Below are positions 1-14,466 of a stretch of 64,000 bases of DNA, in pieces. The notes under the pieces are model-generated. The model was not told where the DNA came from, did not search any database, and saw only the letters and a list, made by a program, of their open reading frames with translations. Location: the NCBI GenBank assembly GCA_964016885.1, contig OZ024764.1, positions 3,968,001 through 4,032,000 of the forward strand. The letters are read 5' to 3'. How positions within the stretch are numbered: position 1 is the stretch's first letter; each line of letters opens with the position of its first letter. Source of the stretch: Eledone cirrhosa (lineage: Eukaryota). The position numbers were made by a program, and so were the translations under genes.

Positions 1-446
1 CATATTTACTCTTTTTACTTTTCTCCCCCTCTGTCTTATTGTACTTCTTCTCGCCTCTCTCTCTTTCTCCCTCCCTCATATTTTATACACGTTCCCTCTC
101 CTCCTTCATCGGAAGACAAAGACATCCTCTACGTGGTCACTCGATATGCTAGAAATAACAGCCACATCGTCCATGAAAATGACAAAAATTAACAACAAAA
201 CTCGTCATTAGAGTAGTTATAGATATATTGTCTGTAAATAAATAAAAAAAAAAGGAAGAGGCTATGTAGCCGGTCCCGGTAATATAGACTCCTAGGCTAT
301 ATAGCCGGTAAGAGTGTCAGAAATCACGACTTGCTGCTTTATACTGTCCGAGTTGAGACAATTTGAAATATTTTCCACCATCAATAGTTAATAAACAAGT
401 TAAAATCATTTAGTCGTCCATTGGTAACGTATGTTAGACTTTAGTT

Positions 447-3400
447 ACATACACACATCTACAGGTAGATATATAGACAGATAGAGACAAGAGAGGTGTA
501 AACCTACATATACACACATCTACAGGTAAATATATAGACAGATAGAGACAAGAGAGGTGTAAACCTACATATACACACATCTACAGGTAGATATATAGAC
601 AGATAGAGACAAGAGAGGTGTAAACCTACATACACACACATCTACAGGTAAATATAGAGACAAGAGAGGTGTAAACCTACATATACACACATCTACAGGT
701 AAATATAGAGACAAGAGAGGTGTAAACCTACATATACACACATCTACAGGTAAATATATAGACAGATAGAGACAAGAGAGGTGTAAACCTACATATACAC
801 ACATCTACAGGTAGATATATAGACAGATAGAGACAAGAGAGGTGTAAACCTACATATACACACATCTACAGGGAGATATATAGACAGATAGAGACAAGAG
901 AGGTGTAAACCTACATATACACACATCTACAGGTAAATATATAGACAGATAGAGACAAGACAGGTGTAAACCTACATATACACACATCTACAGGTAAATA
1001 TATAGACAGATAGAGACAAGAGAGGTGTAAACCTACATATACACACATCTACAGGTAGATATATAGACAGATAGAGACAAGAGAGGTGTAAACCTACATA
1101 TACACACATCTACAGGTAGATATATAGACAGATAGAGACAAGACATGTGTAAACCTACATATACACACATCTACAGGTAAATATATAGACAGATAGAGAC
1201 AAGAGAGGTGTAAACCTACATATACACATCTACAGGTAGATATATAGACAGATAGAGACAAGACATGTGTAAACCTACATATACACACATCTACAGGTAG
1301 ATATATAGACAGATAGAGACAAGAGAGGTGTAAACCTACATATACACACATCTACAGGTAAATATATAGACAGATAGAGACAAGAGAGGTGTAAACCTAC
1401 ATATACACACATCTACAGGTAGATATATAGATAGATAGAGACAAGAGAGGTGTAAACCTACATATACACACATCTACACGTAAATATATAGACAGATAGA
1501 GACAAGAGAGGTGTAAACCTACATATACACACATCTACAGGTAAATATATAGACAGATAGAGACAAGAGAGGTGTAAACCTACATATACACACATCTACA
1601 GGTAAATATATAGACAGATAGAGACAAGAGAGGTGTAAACCTACATATACATACATCTACAGGTAAATATATAGACAGATAGAGACAAGAGAGGTGTAAA
1701 CCTACATATACATACATCTACAGGTAGATATATAGACAGATAGAGACAAGACCGGTGTAAACCTACATATACACACATCTACAGGTAGATATATAGACAG
1801 ATAGAGACAAGAGAGGTGTAAACCTACATATATACACATCTACAGGTAAATATATAGACAGATATAGACAAGAGAGGTGTAAACCTACATACACACACAT
1901 CTACAGGTAGATATATAGACAGATAGAGACAAGAGAGGTGTAAACCTACATATACACACATCTACAGGTAGATATATAGACAGATAGAGACAAGACAGGT
2001 GTAAACCTACATATACACACATCTACAGGTAAATATATAGACAGATAGAGACAAGAGAGGTGTAAACCTACATATACACACATCTACAGGTAAATATATA
2101 GACAGATAGAGACAAGACAGGTGTAAACCTACATATACACACATCTACAGGTAAATATATAGACAGATAGAGACAAGAGAGGTGTAAACCTACATATACA
2201 CACATCTACAGGTAAATATATAGACAGGTAGAGACAAGAGAGGTGTAAACCTACATATACACACATCTACAGGTAAATATATAGACAGATAGAGACAAGA
2301 GAGGTGTAAACCTACATATACACACATCTACAGGTAGATATATAGACAGATAGAGACAATAGAGGTGTAAACCTACATATACATACATCTACAGGTAAAT
2401 ATATAGACAGATAGAGACAAGAGAGGTGTAAACCTACATATACACACACTTACAGGTAGATATATAGACAGATAGAGACAAGAGAGGTGTAAACCTACAT
2501 ATACACACATCTACAGGTAGATATATAGACAGATAGAGACAAGAGAGGTGTAAACCTACATATACACACATCTACAGGGAGATATATAGACAGATAGAGA
2601 CAAGAGAGGTGTAAACCTACATATACACACATCTACAGGTAAATATAGAGACAAGAGAGGTGTAAACCTACATATACACACATCTACAGGTAAATATATA
2701 GACAGATAGAGACAAGACAGGTGTAAACCTACATATACACACATCTACAGGTAGATATATAGACAGATAGAGACAAGAGAGGTGTAAACCTACATATACA
2801 CACATCTACAGGTAAATATATAGACAGATAGAGACAAGACAGGTGTAAACCTACATATACACACATCTACAGATAGATATATAGACAGATATAGACAAGA
2901 GAGGTGTAAACCTACATATACACACATCTACAGGTAAATATATAGACAGATAGAGACAAGACAGGTGTAAACCTACATATACACACATCTACAGGTAAAT
3001 ATATAGACAGATAGAGACAAGAGAGGTGTAAACCTACATATACACACATCTACAGGTAGATATATAGACAGATAGAGACAAGAGAGGTGTAAACCTACAT
3101 ATACACACATCTACAGGTAGATATATAGACAGATAGAGACAAGACATGTGTAAACCTACATATACACACATCTACAGGTAAATATATAGACAGATAGAGA
3201 CAAGAGAGGTGTAAACCTACATATACACACATCTACAGGTAGATATATAGACAGATAGAGACAAGAGAGGTGTAAACCTACATATACACACATCTACAGG
3301 TAAATATATAGACAGATAGAGACAAGAGAGGTGTAAACCTACATATACACATCTACAGGTAAATATATAGACAGATAGAGACAAGAGAGGTGTAAACCTA

Positions 3401-3942
3401 CATATACACACATCTACAGGTAAATATATAGACAGATAGAGACAAGAGAGGTGTAAACCTACATATACACACATCTACAGGTAGATATATAGACAGAGAC
3501 AAGAGAGGTGTAAACCTACATATACACACATCTACAGGTAGATATATAGACAGATAGAGACAAGAGAGGTGTAAACCTACATATACACACATCTACAGGT
3601 AGATATATAGACAGATAGAGACAAGAGAGGTGTAAACCTACATATACACACATCTACAGGTAAATATATAGACAGATAGAGACAAGAGAGGTGTAAACCT
3701 ACATATACACACATCTACAGGGAGATATATAGACAGATAGAGACAAGAGAGGTGTAAACCTACATATACACACATCTACAGGTAAATATAGAGACAAGAG
3801 AGGTGTAAACCTACATATACACACATCTACAGGTAAATATAGAGACAAGAGAGGTGTAAACCTACATATACACACATCTACAGGTAAATATATAGACAGA
3901 TAGAGACAAGACAGGTGTAAACCTACATATACACACATCTAC
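447..3942. repeat. 61-bp tandem minisatellite (ACATATACACACATCTACAGGTA(G/A)ATATATAGACAGATAGAGACAAGAGAGGTGTAAACCT), ~3.5 kb, with occasional 51-bp deletion variants
   Basis: Unit shifts by one base per 60-nt line (period 61). Variants lacking 10 nt occur near 650, 2640 and 3790. Confidence 0.97.
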
Positions 3943-4206
3943 TCATACATATTCATAAATAGACAGATTGTACACAATAATTATTACATACACTCACATG
4001 TATGAATGATTGAGCTGGTGAAACGCTGTAGCGATGTGTATTGCATCCCTTTAGGGTTTACCGGCTATCTAGCCTATTCGTTATAATTATTTTCACTACT
4101 TGTAATACAGCTGAGTAAAGGCGGCAATATCAGTTTGACATGTTGAGAGAAGCAAACTTTAAACCAAGTAAAGCCAGTATTTTATTGCATTCCAATATAT
4201 AGCAAG

Positions 4207-4258
<52 letters not shown>

Positions 4259-4385
4259 AAAGTTATATTTAAATTGTTGTGTTACAACTAGTAAATATTT
4301 ATAACTGATATAAAAGCACTCGACAAATATTTGGAGTATATTTACAATATTAAATAAATGGAAACTATATTTATAAAACCATATT

Positions 4386-4451
4386 TATTTCATTATATAT
4401 ATTTCAGGGATAACATATTAACAATATGCTATGCCTTCCTCAGACAAAATA
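4386..4451 (-). ncRNA. Type I hammerhead ribozyme motif in a Penelope-like pseudo-LTR remnant
   Basis: Minus strand reads TATTTTGT-CTGAGGA-AGGCATAGCATATTGTTAATATGTTATCCCT-GAAA-TATATA-TA-ATGAAATA. This gives stem I, a CUGANGA core, a paired stem II, GAAA and a palindromic stem III. The flank 4290-4390 is homologous (inverted) to ~20125-20220. Confidence 0.75.
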
Positions 4452-4654
4452 CAATATAAACAGTTTTATAGATAAATAGATTCGACATACCGTAACAACA
4501 TCTACTTGCATTTGAGAAGGTTGATTTGGTTGTGACAAAATTGTACACAGAGAGAAAGAAAGAGAGAGAGAAAGAGAGAAAAAATATATATATAAGAAAG
4601 TGAGGTTTTTTTTACAAAATGAAAAATAACCGAGGTGTCCTACACGAGTGGAAG

Positions 4655-4958
4655 TATAAAGAAAAAGGGATGAAATCGAAAATGCAACTGAAGTCTTATT
4701 TTTTTAAAAATTATATATATTTATTTGGTTCCTTTACCGGTTTCACAGTTCTTCTGCTTTTCAAAAGGTGAGTTGAGATGGAGGGTCTGTGGTTTTTCTC
4801 ACATCTGTGAGAAAAATGTGAGAAAAACCACAGACCCTCCATCTCAACTCACCTTTTGAAAAGCAGAAGATGTGTGAAACCGGTAAAGGAACCAAATAAA
4901 TATATATAATTTTTAAAAAAATAAGACTTCAGTTGCATTTTCGATTTCATCCCTTTTT

Positions 4959-4965
<7 letters not shown>
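4655..4965. repeat. ~150-bp-arm inverted repeat (fold-back); each arm carries a variant minimal hammerhead (UUGAAAA core); probable inverted Penelope pseudo-LTR pair
   Basis: 4655-4804 is the reverse complement of ~4816-4965. The plus arm at 4852-4889 reads CCTT-TTGAAAA-GCA-GAAGATG-TGT-GAAA-CCGG-TA-AAGG; the minus arm copy is at 4731-4768. Confidence 0.8.
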
Positions 4966-5020
<55 letters not shown>

Positions 5021-5022
<2 letters not shown>

Positions 5023-5026
5023 CTAG

Positions 5027-5066
<40 letters not shown>

Positions 5067-5070
5067 CTAG

Positions 5071-5116
<46 letters not shown>

Positions 5117-5198
5117 CTAGAGGGATATATAGATATATATAGCTAGAGGGATATATATATATATATAGCTAGAGGGATATATATATATATATAGCTAG

Positions 5199-5238
<40 letters not shown>

Positions 5239-5242
5239 CTAG

Positions 5243-5300
<58 letters not shown>

Positions 5301-6072
5301 CTAGAGGGATATATATATATATAGCTAGAGGGATATATATATATATATAGCTAGAGGGATATATATATATATATATAGCTAGAGGGATATATATATATAT
5401 ATATATAGCTAGAGGGATATATATATATATATATAGCTAGAGGGATATATATATATATATATATAGCTAGAGGGATATATATATATATATATATATAGCT
5501 AGAGGGATATATATATATATATATAGCTAGAGGGATATATATATATATATATAGCTAGAGGGATATATATATATATATATAGCTAGAGGGATATATATAT
5601 ATATATAGCTAGAGGGATAGATATATAGATATATAGCTAGAGGGATATATATATATAGCTAGAGGGATATATATATATATATATATAGCTAGAGGGATAT
5701 ATATATATATAGCTAGAGGGATATATATATATATATATAGCTAGAGGGATATATATATATATAGCTAGAGGGATATATATATATATATAGCTAGAGGGAT
5801 ATATATATATATATAGCTAGAGGGATATATATATATATAGCTAGAGGGATATATATATATATATATATAGCTAGAGGGATATATATATATATAGCTAGAG
5901 GGATATATATATATATATATATATAGCTAGAGGGATATATATATATATATATAGCTAGAGGGATATATAGATATATAGCTAGAGGGATATATATATATAT
6001 ATATAGCTAGAGGGATATATATATATATATATAGCTAGAGGGATATATATATATATATATATATATAGCTAG

Positions 6073-6106
<34 letters not shown>

Positions 6107-6190
6107 CTAGAGGGATATATATATATATATATAGCTAGAGGGATATATATATATATGTATATAGCTAGAGGGATATATATATATAGCTAG

Positions 6191-6248
<58 letters not shown>

Positions 6249-6280
6249 CTAGAGGGATATATATATATATATATAGCTAG

Positions 6281-6311
<31 letters not shown>

Positions 6312-6478
6312 GCTAGAGGGTTATATATATATATATATATATAGCTAGAGGGATATATAGATATATAGCTAGAGGGATATATATATATATAGCTAGAGGG
6401 ATATATATATATATATATATAGCTAGAGGGATATATATATATATATATAGCTAGAGGGATATATAGATATATAGCTAG

Positions 6479-6562
<84 letters not shown>

Positions 6563-6798
6563 CTAGAGGGATATATATATATATATAGCTAGAGGGATAT
6601 ATATATATATATATATAGCTAGAGGGATATATATATATATATATAGCTAGAGGGATATATATATATATATATATATATAGCTAGAGGGATATATATATAT
6701 ATATATATATAGCTAGAGGGATATATATATATATATATATATAGCTAGAGGGATATATATATATAGCTAGAGGGATATATATATATATATATAGCTAG

Positions 6799-6852
<54 letters not shown>

Positions 6853-7749
6853 CTAGAGGGATATATATATATATATATATATATAGCTAGAGGGATATAT
6901 ATATATATATATATAGCTAGAGGGATAGATATATATATATATAGCTAGAGGGATATATATATATATATAGCTAGAGGGATAGATATATATATATATAGCT
7001 AGAGGGATATATATATATAGCTAGAGGGATATATATATATATATATATATAGCTAGAGGGATATATATATATATAGCTAGAGGGATATATATATATATAT
7101 ATAGCTAGAGGGATATATATATATATATAGCTAGAGGGATATATATATATATATAGCTAGAGGGATATATATATATATATAGCTAGAGGGATATATATAT
7201 ATATAGCTAGAGGGATATATATATATATATATATAGCTAGAGGGATATATATATATATAGCTAGAGGGATATATATATATATATATATATAGCTAGAGGG
7301 ATATATATATATATATATAGCTAGAGGGATATATATATATATATATAGCTAGAGGGATATATATATATATATATAGCTAGAGGGATATATATATATAGCT
7401 AGAGGGATATATATATATATATATATATATAGCTAGAGGGATATATATATATAATATATATATAGCTAGAGGGATATATATATATATATATAGCTAGAGG
7501 GATATATATATATATATATATAGCTAGAGGGATATATATATATAGCTAGAGGGATATATATATATATATATATATAGCTAGAGGGATATATATATATATA
7601 TATATATATAGCTAGAGGGATATATATATATATATATATATAGCTAGAGGGATATATAGATATATAGCTAGAGGGATATATAGATATATAGCTAGAGGGA
7701 TATATATATATATAGCTAGAGGGATATATATATATATATATATAGCTAG

Positions 7750-7803
<54 letters not shown>

Positions 7804-7861
7804 CTAGAGGGATATATATATATATATAGCTAGAGGGATATATATATATATATATAGCTAG

Positions 7862-7895
<34 letters not shown>

Positions 7896-7899
7896 CTAG

Positions 7900-7930
<31 letters not shown>

Positions 7931-8159
7931 GCTAGAGGGATATATATATATATATATAGCTAGAGGGATATATATATATATATATAGCTAGAGGGATATA
8001 TATATATATATATAGCTAGAGGGATATATATATATATATATATAGCTAGAGGGATATATATATATAGCTAGAGGGATATATATATATATATATAGCTAGA
8101 GGGATATATATATATATATATATAGCTAGAGGGATATATATATATATATATATAGCTAG

Positions 8160-8201
<42 letters not shown>

Positions 8202-8229
8202 CTAGAGGGATATATATATATATAGCTAG

Positions 8230-8263
<34 letters not shown>

Positions 8264-8621
8264 CTAGAGGGATATATATATATAGCTAGAGGGATATATA
8301 TATATATATAGCTAGAGGGATATATATATATATATATATATAGCTAGAGGGATATATATATATATATATATATAGCTAGAGGGATATATATATATATAGC
8401 TAGAGGGATATATATATATATATATAGCTAGAGGGATATATATATATATATATATAGATAGAGGGATATATATATATATAGCTAGAGGGATATATATATA
8501 TATATATATAGCTAGAGGGATATATATATAGCTAGAGGGATATATATATATATATATATATATAGCTAGAGGGATATATATATATAGCTAGAGGGATATA
8601 TATATATATATATATAGCTAG

Positions 8622-8655
<34 letters not shown>

Positions 8656-8897
8656 CTAGAGGGATATATATATATATATATATATAGCTAGAGGGATATA
8701 TATATATATATATATAGCTAGAGGGATATATATATATATATATAGCTAGAGGGATATATATATATATATATATATATAGCTAGAGGGATATATATATATA
8801 TATATATAGCTAGAGGGATAGATATATATATATATAGCTAGAGGGATATATATATATATATATAGCTAGAGGGATATATATATATATATATAGCTAG

Positions 8898-8928
<31 letters not shown>

Positions 8929-11106
8929 GCTAGAGGGATATATATATATAGCTAGAGGGATATATATATATATATATATATAGCTAGAGGGATATATATA
9001 TATATATATAGCTAGAGGGATATATATATATATATATATAGCTAGAGGGATATATATATATAGCTAGAGGGATATATATATATATATATATATAGCTAGA
9101 GGGATATATATATATATATATATATAGCTAGAGGGATATATATATAGCTAGAGGGATATATATATATATATATATAGCTAGAGGGATATATATATATATA
9201 GCTAGAGGGATATATATATATATATATATATAGCTAGAGGGATATATATATATATATATATAGCTAGAGGGATATATATATATAGCTAGAGGGATATATA
9301 TATATATATATATAGCTAGAGGGATATATATATATATAGCTAGAGGGATATATATATATATAGCTAGAGGGATATATATATATATAGATCAACAGATGCC
9401 CTCTTCTTGGTGAGACAAATGCAAGAGAGGTTCTTAGAGAAGAATAAGCCACTATACTTAGCCTTTGTTGACCTAGAGAAGGCCTTTGATAGGGTACCAC
9501 GATCTGTCATCTGGTGGTCCCTAAGGAAGCTGGGTGTTGAGGAATGGCTTGTAAGGACAGTGCAAACTTTGTACAGAGGTACTCTCAGTAAAGTCAGGGT
9601 AGGAATGGAGTTTAGTGAGGAATTCCAGATACAAGTAGGAGTACATCAGGGTTCGGTCCTCAGCCCGCTCTTGTTCATTATAGTCCTCCAAGCCATAACA
9701 GAGGAGTTTAAGACTGGCTGTCCATGGGAACTTCTCTATGCTGACGATCTGGCTCTTATGGCAGAATCAGTAGAGGAGCTAGAGAATAAATTCCGGCTAT
9801 GGAAACAGCAGTTGGAAGCAAGAGGACTGAGAGTAAATCTAGCTAAGACAAAAGTGTTGATGAGTAGAAAAGAGGACAAAACCCTGATTCCGTCAGGGAA
9901 ATCGCCTTGTTCAATATGCAGAAAAGGAACTGGCATAAATTCTATAAAATGCACACAATGTAGGTCCTGGGTACACAAGAGATGTAGCGGGATAGCAGGC
10001 AAACTAACAGGTAGGGAGAACTATGTATGCAGTAGATGTACAGGGAAATTAGACAGTAGAAGTCGCACTGATAGACACATTTTTCAAATGCGAGAGGGCG
10101 CTATAGAAGTGGTGGATAGCTTCCGGTACCTAGGAGATCAGATTAGCATGGGAGGAGGGTGTTCCGAGGCCATAGTATCTAGAATAAGGACGGGTTGGAA
10201 GAAGTTTAGGGAGCTGCTTCCTCTGTTGACGAAGAAGGGTTTCTCCTGCGTACGAAAGGCCGGTTGTATGATGCCTGTGTGAGGAGCGCGATGCTGCATG
10301 GTAGTGAGACATGGGCAGCTACCGCAGAAGATATGCGACGGCTGGAGAGAAATGAGGCAAGCATGCTCCGTTGGATGTGCAGTGTAAATGTGCGTGAACG
10401 ACCCAGCATAAATGTGTTGAGAGAGAAACTGTGTCTGAGAGGGATAGAATGTAGTGTACGGGAGAGGAGACTGAGGTGGTATGGACATGTGATGCGCATG
10501 GAGGATGACCGATGGGTGAAGAAGTGCTAGGAAATGCCAGTTGAAGGAAGACGTGGTAGAGGTAGACCACGAAAAACATGGGCGGAGGGTTGGTGAGAAC
10601 AGACCTCAGATCATTGAAGCTCACGGTGGAGATGACGAGGGACCGTGACGAGTGGAGAGATGCTGTGCTGAATAAGACCCGTCCCACCCTTGCAAGCAGG
10701 GGAAAAGCGGACGTAAAATGATGATGATGATGATGATATATATATATATAGCTAGAGGGATATATATATAATAGTATATATATATAGCTAGAGGGATATA
10801 TATATATATAGCTAGAGGGATATATATATATATATATAGCTAGAAGGGATATATATATAATATATAGCTAGAGGGATATATATATATATATATATAGCTA
10901 GAGGGAATATATATATATATAGCTAGAGGGATATATATATATATATATATATATAGCTAGAGGGATATATATATATATATATATAGCTAGAGGGATATAT
11001 ATATATATAGCTAGAGGGATATATATATATATATAGCTAGAGGGATATATATATATATATAGCTAGAGGGATATATATATATATTATATATATATATTAT
11101 AGCTAG

Positions 11107-11140
<34 letters not shown>

Positions 11141-11144
11141 CTAG

Positions 11145-11175
<31 letters not shown>

Positions 11176-11464
11176 GCTAGAGGGATATATATATATATAT
11201 ATATAAGCTAGAGGGATATATATATATATATATATATAGCTAGAGGGATATATATATATATATAGCTAGAGGGATATATATATATATATAGCTAGAGGGA
11301 TATATATATATATATATATATAGCTAGAGGGATATATAGATATATATTATATATATATATATAGCTAGAGGGATATATATATATATATTTATATATAGAT
11401 ATATAGCTAGAGGGATATATATATATATATAGCTAGAGGGATATATATATATATATATAGCTAG

Positions 11465-11500
<36 letters not shown>

Positions 11501-11548
11501 CTAGAGGGATATATATATATATATTTATATATATATATATATAGCTAG

Positions 11549-11598
<50 letters not shown>

Positions 11599-11622
11599 CT
11601 AGAGGGATATATATATAGCTAG

Positions 11623-11688
<66 letters not shown>

Positions 11689-11692
11689 CTAG

Positions 11693-11728
<36 letters not shown>

Positions 11729-11865
11729 CTAGAGGGATATATATATATATATATATATAGCTAGAGGGATATATATATATATATAGCTAGAGGGATATAT
11801 ATATATATATAGCTAGAGGGATATATATAGCTAGAGGGATATATATATATATAGCTAGAGGGATA
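5021..11865. repeat. Compound satellite: constant GCTAGAGGG core separated by variable-length (AT)n, interrupted by an RTE fragment at 9388-10736
   Basis: Directly visible; roughly 200 units (estimate). Confidence 0.97.
9388..10736 (+). mobile_element. 5'-truncated RTE-clade LINE, family A (RT, PHD insert, C-terminus), frameshifted, with (GAT)n tail
   Basis: Motifs [24 protein letters not shown] and YADD. 1-nt deletion near 10245, TAG at 10528-10530, tail GCGGACGTAAAATGATGATG. Near-identical to the 47702-50812 ORF. Confidence 0.95.
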
Positions 11866-11937
11866 GATAGATATATAATATATATATATATAGATAGATA
11901 GATGGATATATATATATATATATATAGATAGATAGAT

Positions 11938-12034
<97 letters not shown>

Positions 12035-12212
12035 CATAGATGGATAGATGGATATATATATATATATATATATAGAGATAGATAGATGGATATATATATA
12101 TATATATATATACATAGATGGATAGATGTAGATATAGATAGAAAAATAGTCAGGTACACTGAGGGCTGAGCTCCGGCCGTTTCGACAGCTATATATAGAT
12201 AGATAGATAGAT

Positions 12213-12257
12213 TTCCTGATGATTTCCTTCAAATGAAACAGTTCTAGTCCTGTAGAA
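12213..12257 (+). ncRNA. Hammerhead ribozyme motif in a short pseudo-LTR-like remnant (to ~12345)
   Basis: TTC-CTGATGA-TTTCCTTCAAAT-GAAA-CAG-TTCTAGTC-CTG-TA-GAA. Stem I is short because it abuts a microsatellite. Confidence 0.6.
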
Positions 12258-12383
12258 GCCATTTCTATATTAAATATATTTATACTCTGCTATGTATTGA
12301 GTACCTTACTGTGGTTACCCCTGATTGAACCCTGGATAAACTTATATATATATAATCAATTAATTATATCATTAATTTTTCCT

Positions 12384-13195
12384 TCATCATCATCATCATC
12401 ATCATTTACGTCCGCTTTTCCCTGCTTGCAAGGGTGGGACGGGTCTTATTCAGCACAGCATCTCTCCACTCGTCACGGTCCCTCGTCATCTCCACCGTGA
12501 GCTTCAATGATCTGAGGTCTGTTCTCACCACCTCCGCCCATGTTTTTCGTGGTCTACCTCTACCACGTCTTCCTTCAACTGGCATTTCCTGGCACTTCTT
12601 CACCCATCGGTCATCCTCCATGCGCGTCACATATCCATACCACCTCAGTCTCCTCTCCCGTACACTACACTCTATCCCTCTCAGACACAGTTTCTCTCTC
12701 AACACATTTATGCTGGGTCGTTCACGCACATTTACACTGCACATCCAACGGAGCATGCTTGCCTCATTTCTCTCCAGCCGTTGCATATCCTCTGCGGTTG
12801 CTGCCCATGTCTCACTACCATGCAGCATCGCGCTCCTCACACAGGCATCATACAACCGGCCTTTCGTACGCAGGGAGAAACCCTTCTTCATCAGCAGAGG
12901 AAGCAGCTCCCTAAACTTCTTCCAACCCGTCCTTATTCTAGATACTATGGCCTCGGAACACCCTCCTCCCATGCTAATCTGATCTCCCAGGTACCGGAAG
13001 CTATCCACCACTTCTATAGCGCCCTGTCGCATTTGAAAAATGTGTCTATCAGTGCGACTTCTACTGTCTAATTTCCCTGTACATCTACTGCATACATATT
13101 TCTCCCAACCTGTTAGTTTGCCTGCTATCCCGCTACATCTCTTGTGTACCCAGGACCTGCATTGTGTGCATTTTATAGAATTTATGCCAGTTCCT
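12384..13195 (-). mobile_element. 5'-truncated RTE LINE family A, 3' fragment
   Basis: ORF 12406-13032 matches the C-terminus of 47702-50812. (CAT)n tail at 12384-12404; the 5' end abuts (TA)n. Confidence 0.95.
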
Positions 13196-13216
13196 TATAT
13201 ATATACATATATATAT

Positions 13217-13526
13217 CCAGGGAGTGTAACTTGGAGTCACTGTAGGTTCACCCGGGTGAGCACTCGATGTTTAGGTTCACTTCTGTGATGAGGTGTAGAG
13301 CTATACAGAGTGTATTATAGTGAAAAGATAACAAGGACGATTGGTTACTCCTTCGTTACATTTATTGGTTGGTGACACGTGTTTCACCACTGATCAGCTC
13401 AAGGTTCGATCTGTATCGATCTTACCCGACTCGGTAATCTGCGGCTCGACGGACCCCTTGTAATGCTAGTAGAAAATTTAATGTCATGAAGGAGTAACCA
13501 ATCGCCCTTGCTATCTTTTCACTATA
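13217..13526 (-). mobile_element. Penelope-like pseudo-LTR remnant with short internal inverted duplication and partial hammerhead
   Basis: 13317-13354 is inverted relative to 13488-13526. The minus strand has GAAA-CACGTG-TC with a degenerate CTGATCA core. Terminal GAGTG...CACTC hairpin at 13222-13265. Confidence 0.45.
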
Positions 13527-13790
13527 TCTATCTATCTATCTAAGGCGGGTAAAATTCCCGAGATCCATGGACGAGTTCTCTCCAGCGGTCTCTGTCCCTC
13601 ATTATCACTGCCATATCCTGCATCTCCAAGAGACCAGTGTCTGTCCTTAGGGCATCAACATATGTTAACCTTGGTCTTCCTCTTCTAGTGTGTGAATGTA
13701 GGGGCTCCCAAAGCAGCACTGAGTGCAATGTCAACACTGGATGTCGGTGAGCATGTCCAGCCAACCTCAGTCTCCTCTGTGTCACTTGCT
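13527..13790 (-). mobile_element. 3' fragment of a distinct RTE-group LINE with (GATA)n tail
   Basis: Translation RRLRLAGH...RRGRPRLTYVD...MRDRDRWR is the typical RTE ORF2 C-terminus; the stop is followed by ATAGATAGATAG. Confidence 0.8.
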
Positions 13791-13825
13791 CGCAAGTGTT
13801 TTTTAAACTTCATATCATGTCTCCC

Positions 13826-13896
13826 TATTTTATCTGATGAGAACGCAAGTATCTTCCCATGATGATTTTTGTTTTTGAAATGCGCATAATAAAATA
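13826..13896 (+). ncRNA. Type I hammerhead ribozyme motif (Penelope pseudo-LTR type)
   Basis: TATTTTAT-CTGATGA-GAAC...GTTT-TT-GAAA-TGCGCA-TA-ATAAAATA: perfect 8-bp stem I and palindromic stem III. The 3' half recurs near 18255-18300. Confidence 0.75.
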
Positions 13897-13930
13897 CATG
13901 GAACCATCTTTTGACCTTATATTATATATC

Positions 13931-14117
13931 GTTGGATTGCAGTATCGGTAGAGGGTCAGACCCCATGCTTTGACGTCCTGGAGGCCGAAGGTTGTTTATT
14001 ATTTTTTCTCAAATCCCGCCGAGGTTAACTTTGCCTTTCATCCTTACGGGGTCGATAAAATAAAGTACCAGTAATACACTGGGTAATTGCTGCCCTTGTG
14101 CCAAAAGTAGAAACAAT
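13931..14117 (+). mobile_element. tRNA-derived SINE with Meta/MESC-like central domain
   Basis: Core GCCGAGGTTAACTTTGCCTTTCATCCTTACGGGGTCGATAAAATAAAGTACCAG. Related copies at 19246-19590, 19902-20080, ~57860-57950 and 61565-61690. Confidence 0.75.
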
Positions 14118-14125
14118 TATATATA

Positions 14126-14270
14126 GGCACATGGCTTAGTGGTTAGAGCATTGGCCTTGCAATCGAAAGGTTGTGAGTTCAATTCTCAGACCGGGTGATG
14201 TGTTGTTTCCTTGAGTAAGACACTTTATTTCACATTGCTCCAGTTTACTCAGCTGTAGAAATGAGATGAT
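14126..14270 (+). mobile_element. tRNA-derived SINE head with CORE-like domain
   Basis: A-box-like TGGCTTAGTGG, B-box-like GAGTTCAATTC, then CCTTGAGTAAGACACTT. A second copy lies at 60158-60480. Confidence 0.7.
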
Positions 14271-14466
14271 AGGGACTGTGGTCCCTATCATTCCACTGCA
14301 AAGTGGTCGTGGAGGTGCCACGGCAAAAAAGCACCCAGCACTCACTGTAAATGAGGTTGGTGTTAGGAAGGGCATCCAGCTGTAGAAATCAAGCCAGAAT
14401 CAGTTCCCGTCCCACCCTTGCAAGCAGGGAAAAGCGGACGTAAAATGATGATGATGATGATGATAT

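Noticed and set aside
565-3938. Short repeated ORFs in the 61-bp array, and likewise in the 79-bp array at 62054-63972
   Set aside because: Translations of tandem repeats with frame-shifting unit lengths.
5021-11865. TAGAGGG core resembling the telomeric TTAGGG repeat
   Set aside because: The core is not tandem, is not TTAGGG, and is separated by (AT)n; no evidence for a telomeric origin.
14126-14200. tRNA-like sequence
   Set aside because: A and B boxes are present but there is no complete cloverleaf; it continues into a SINE body, so it was called a SINE head.
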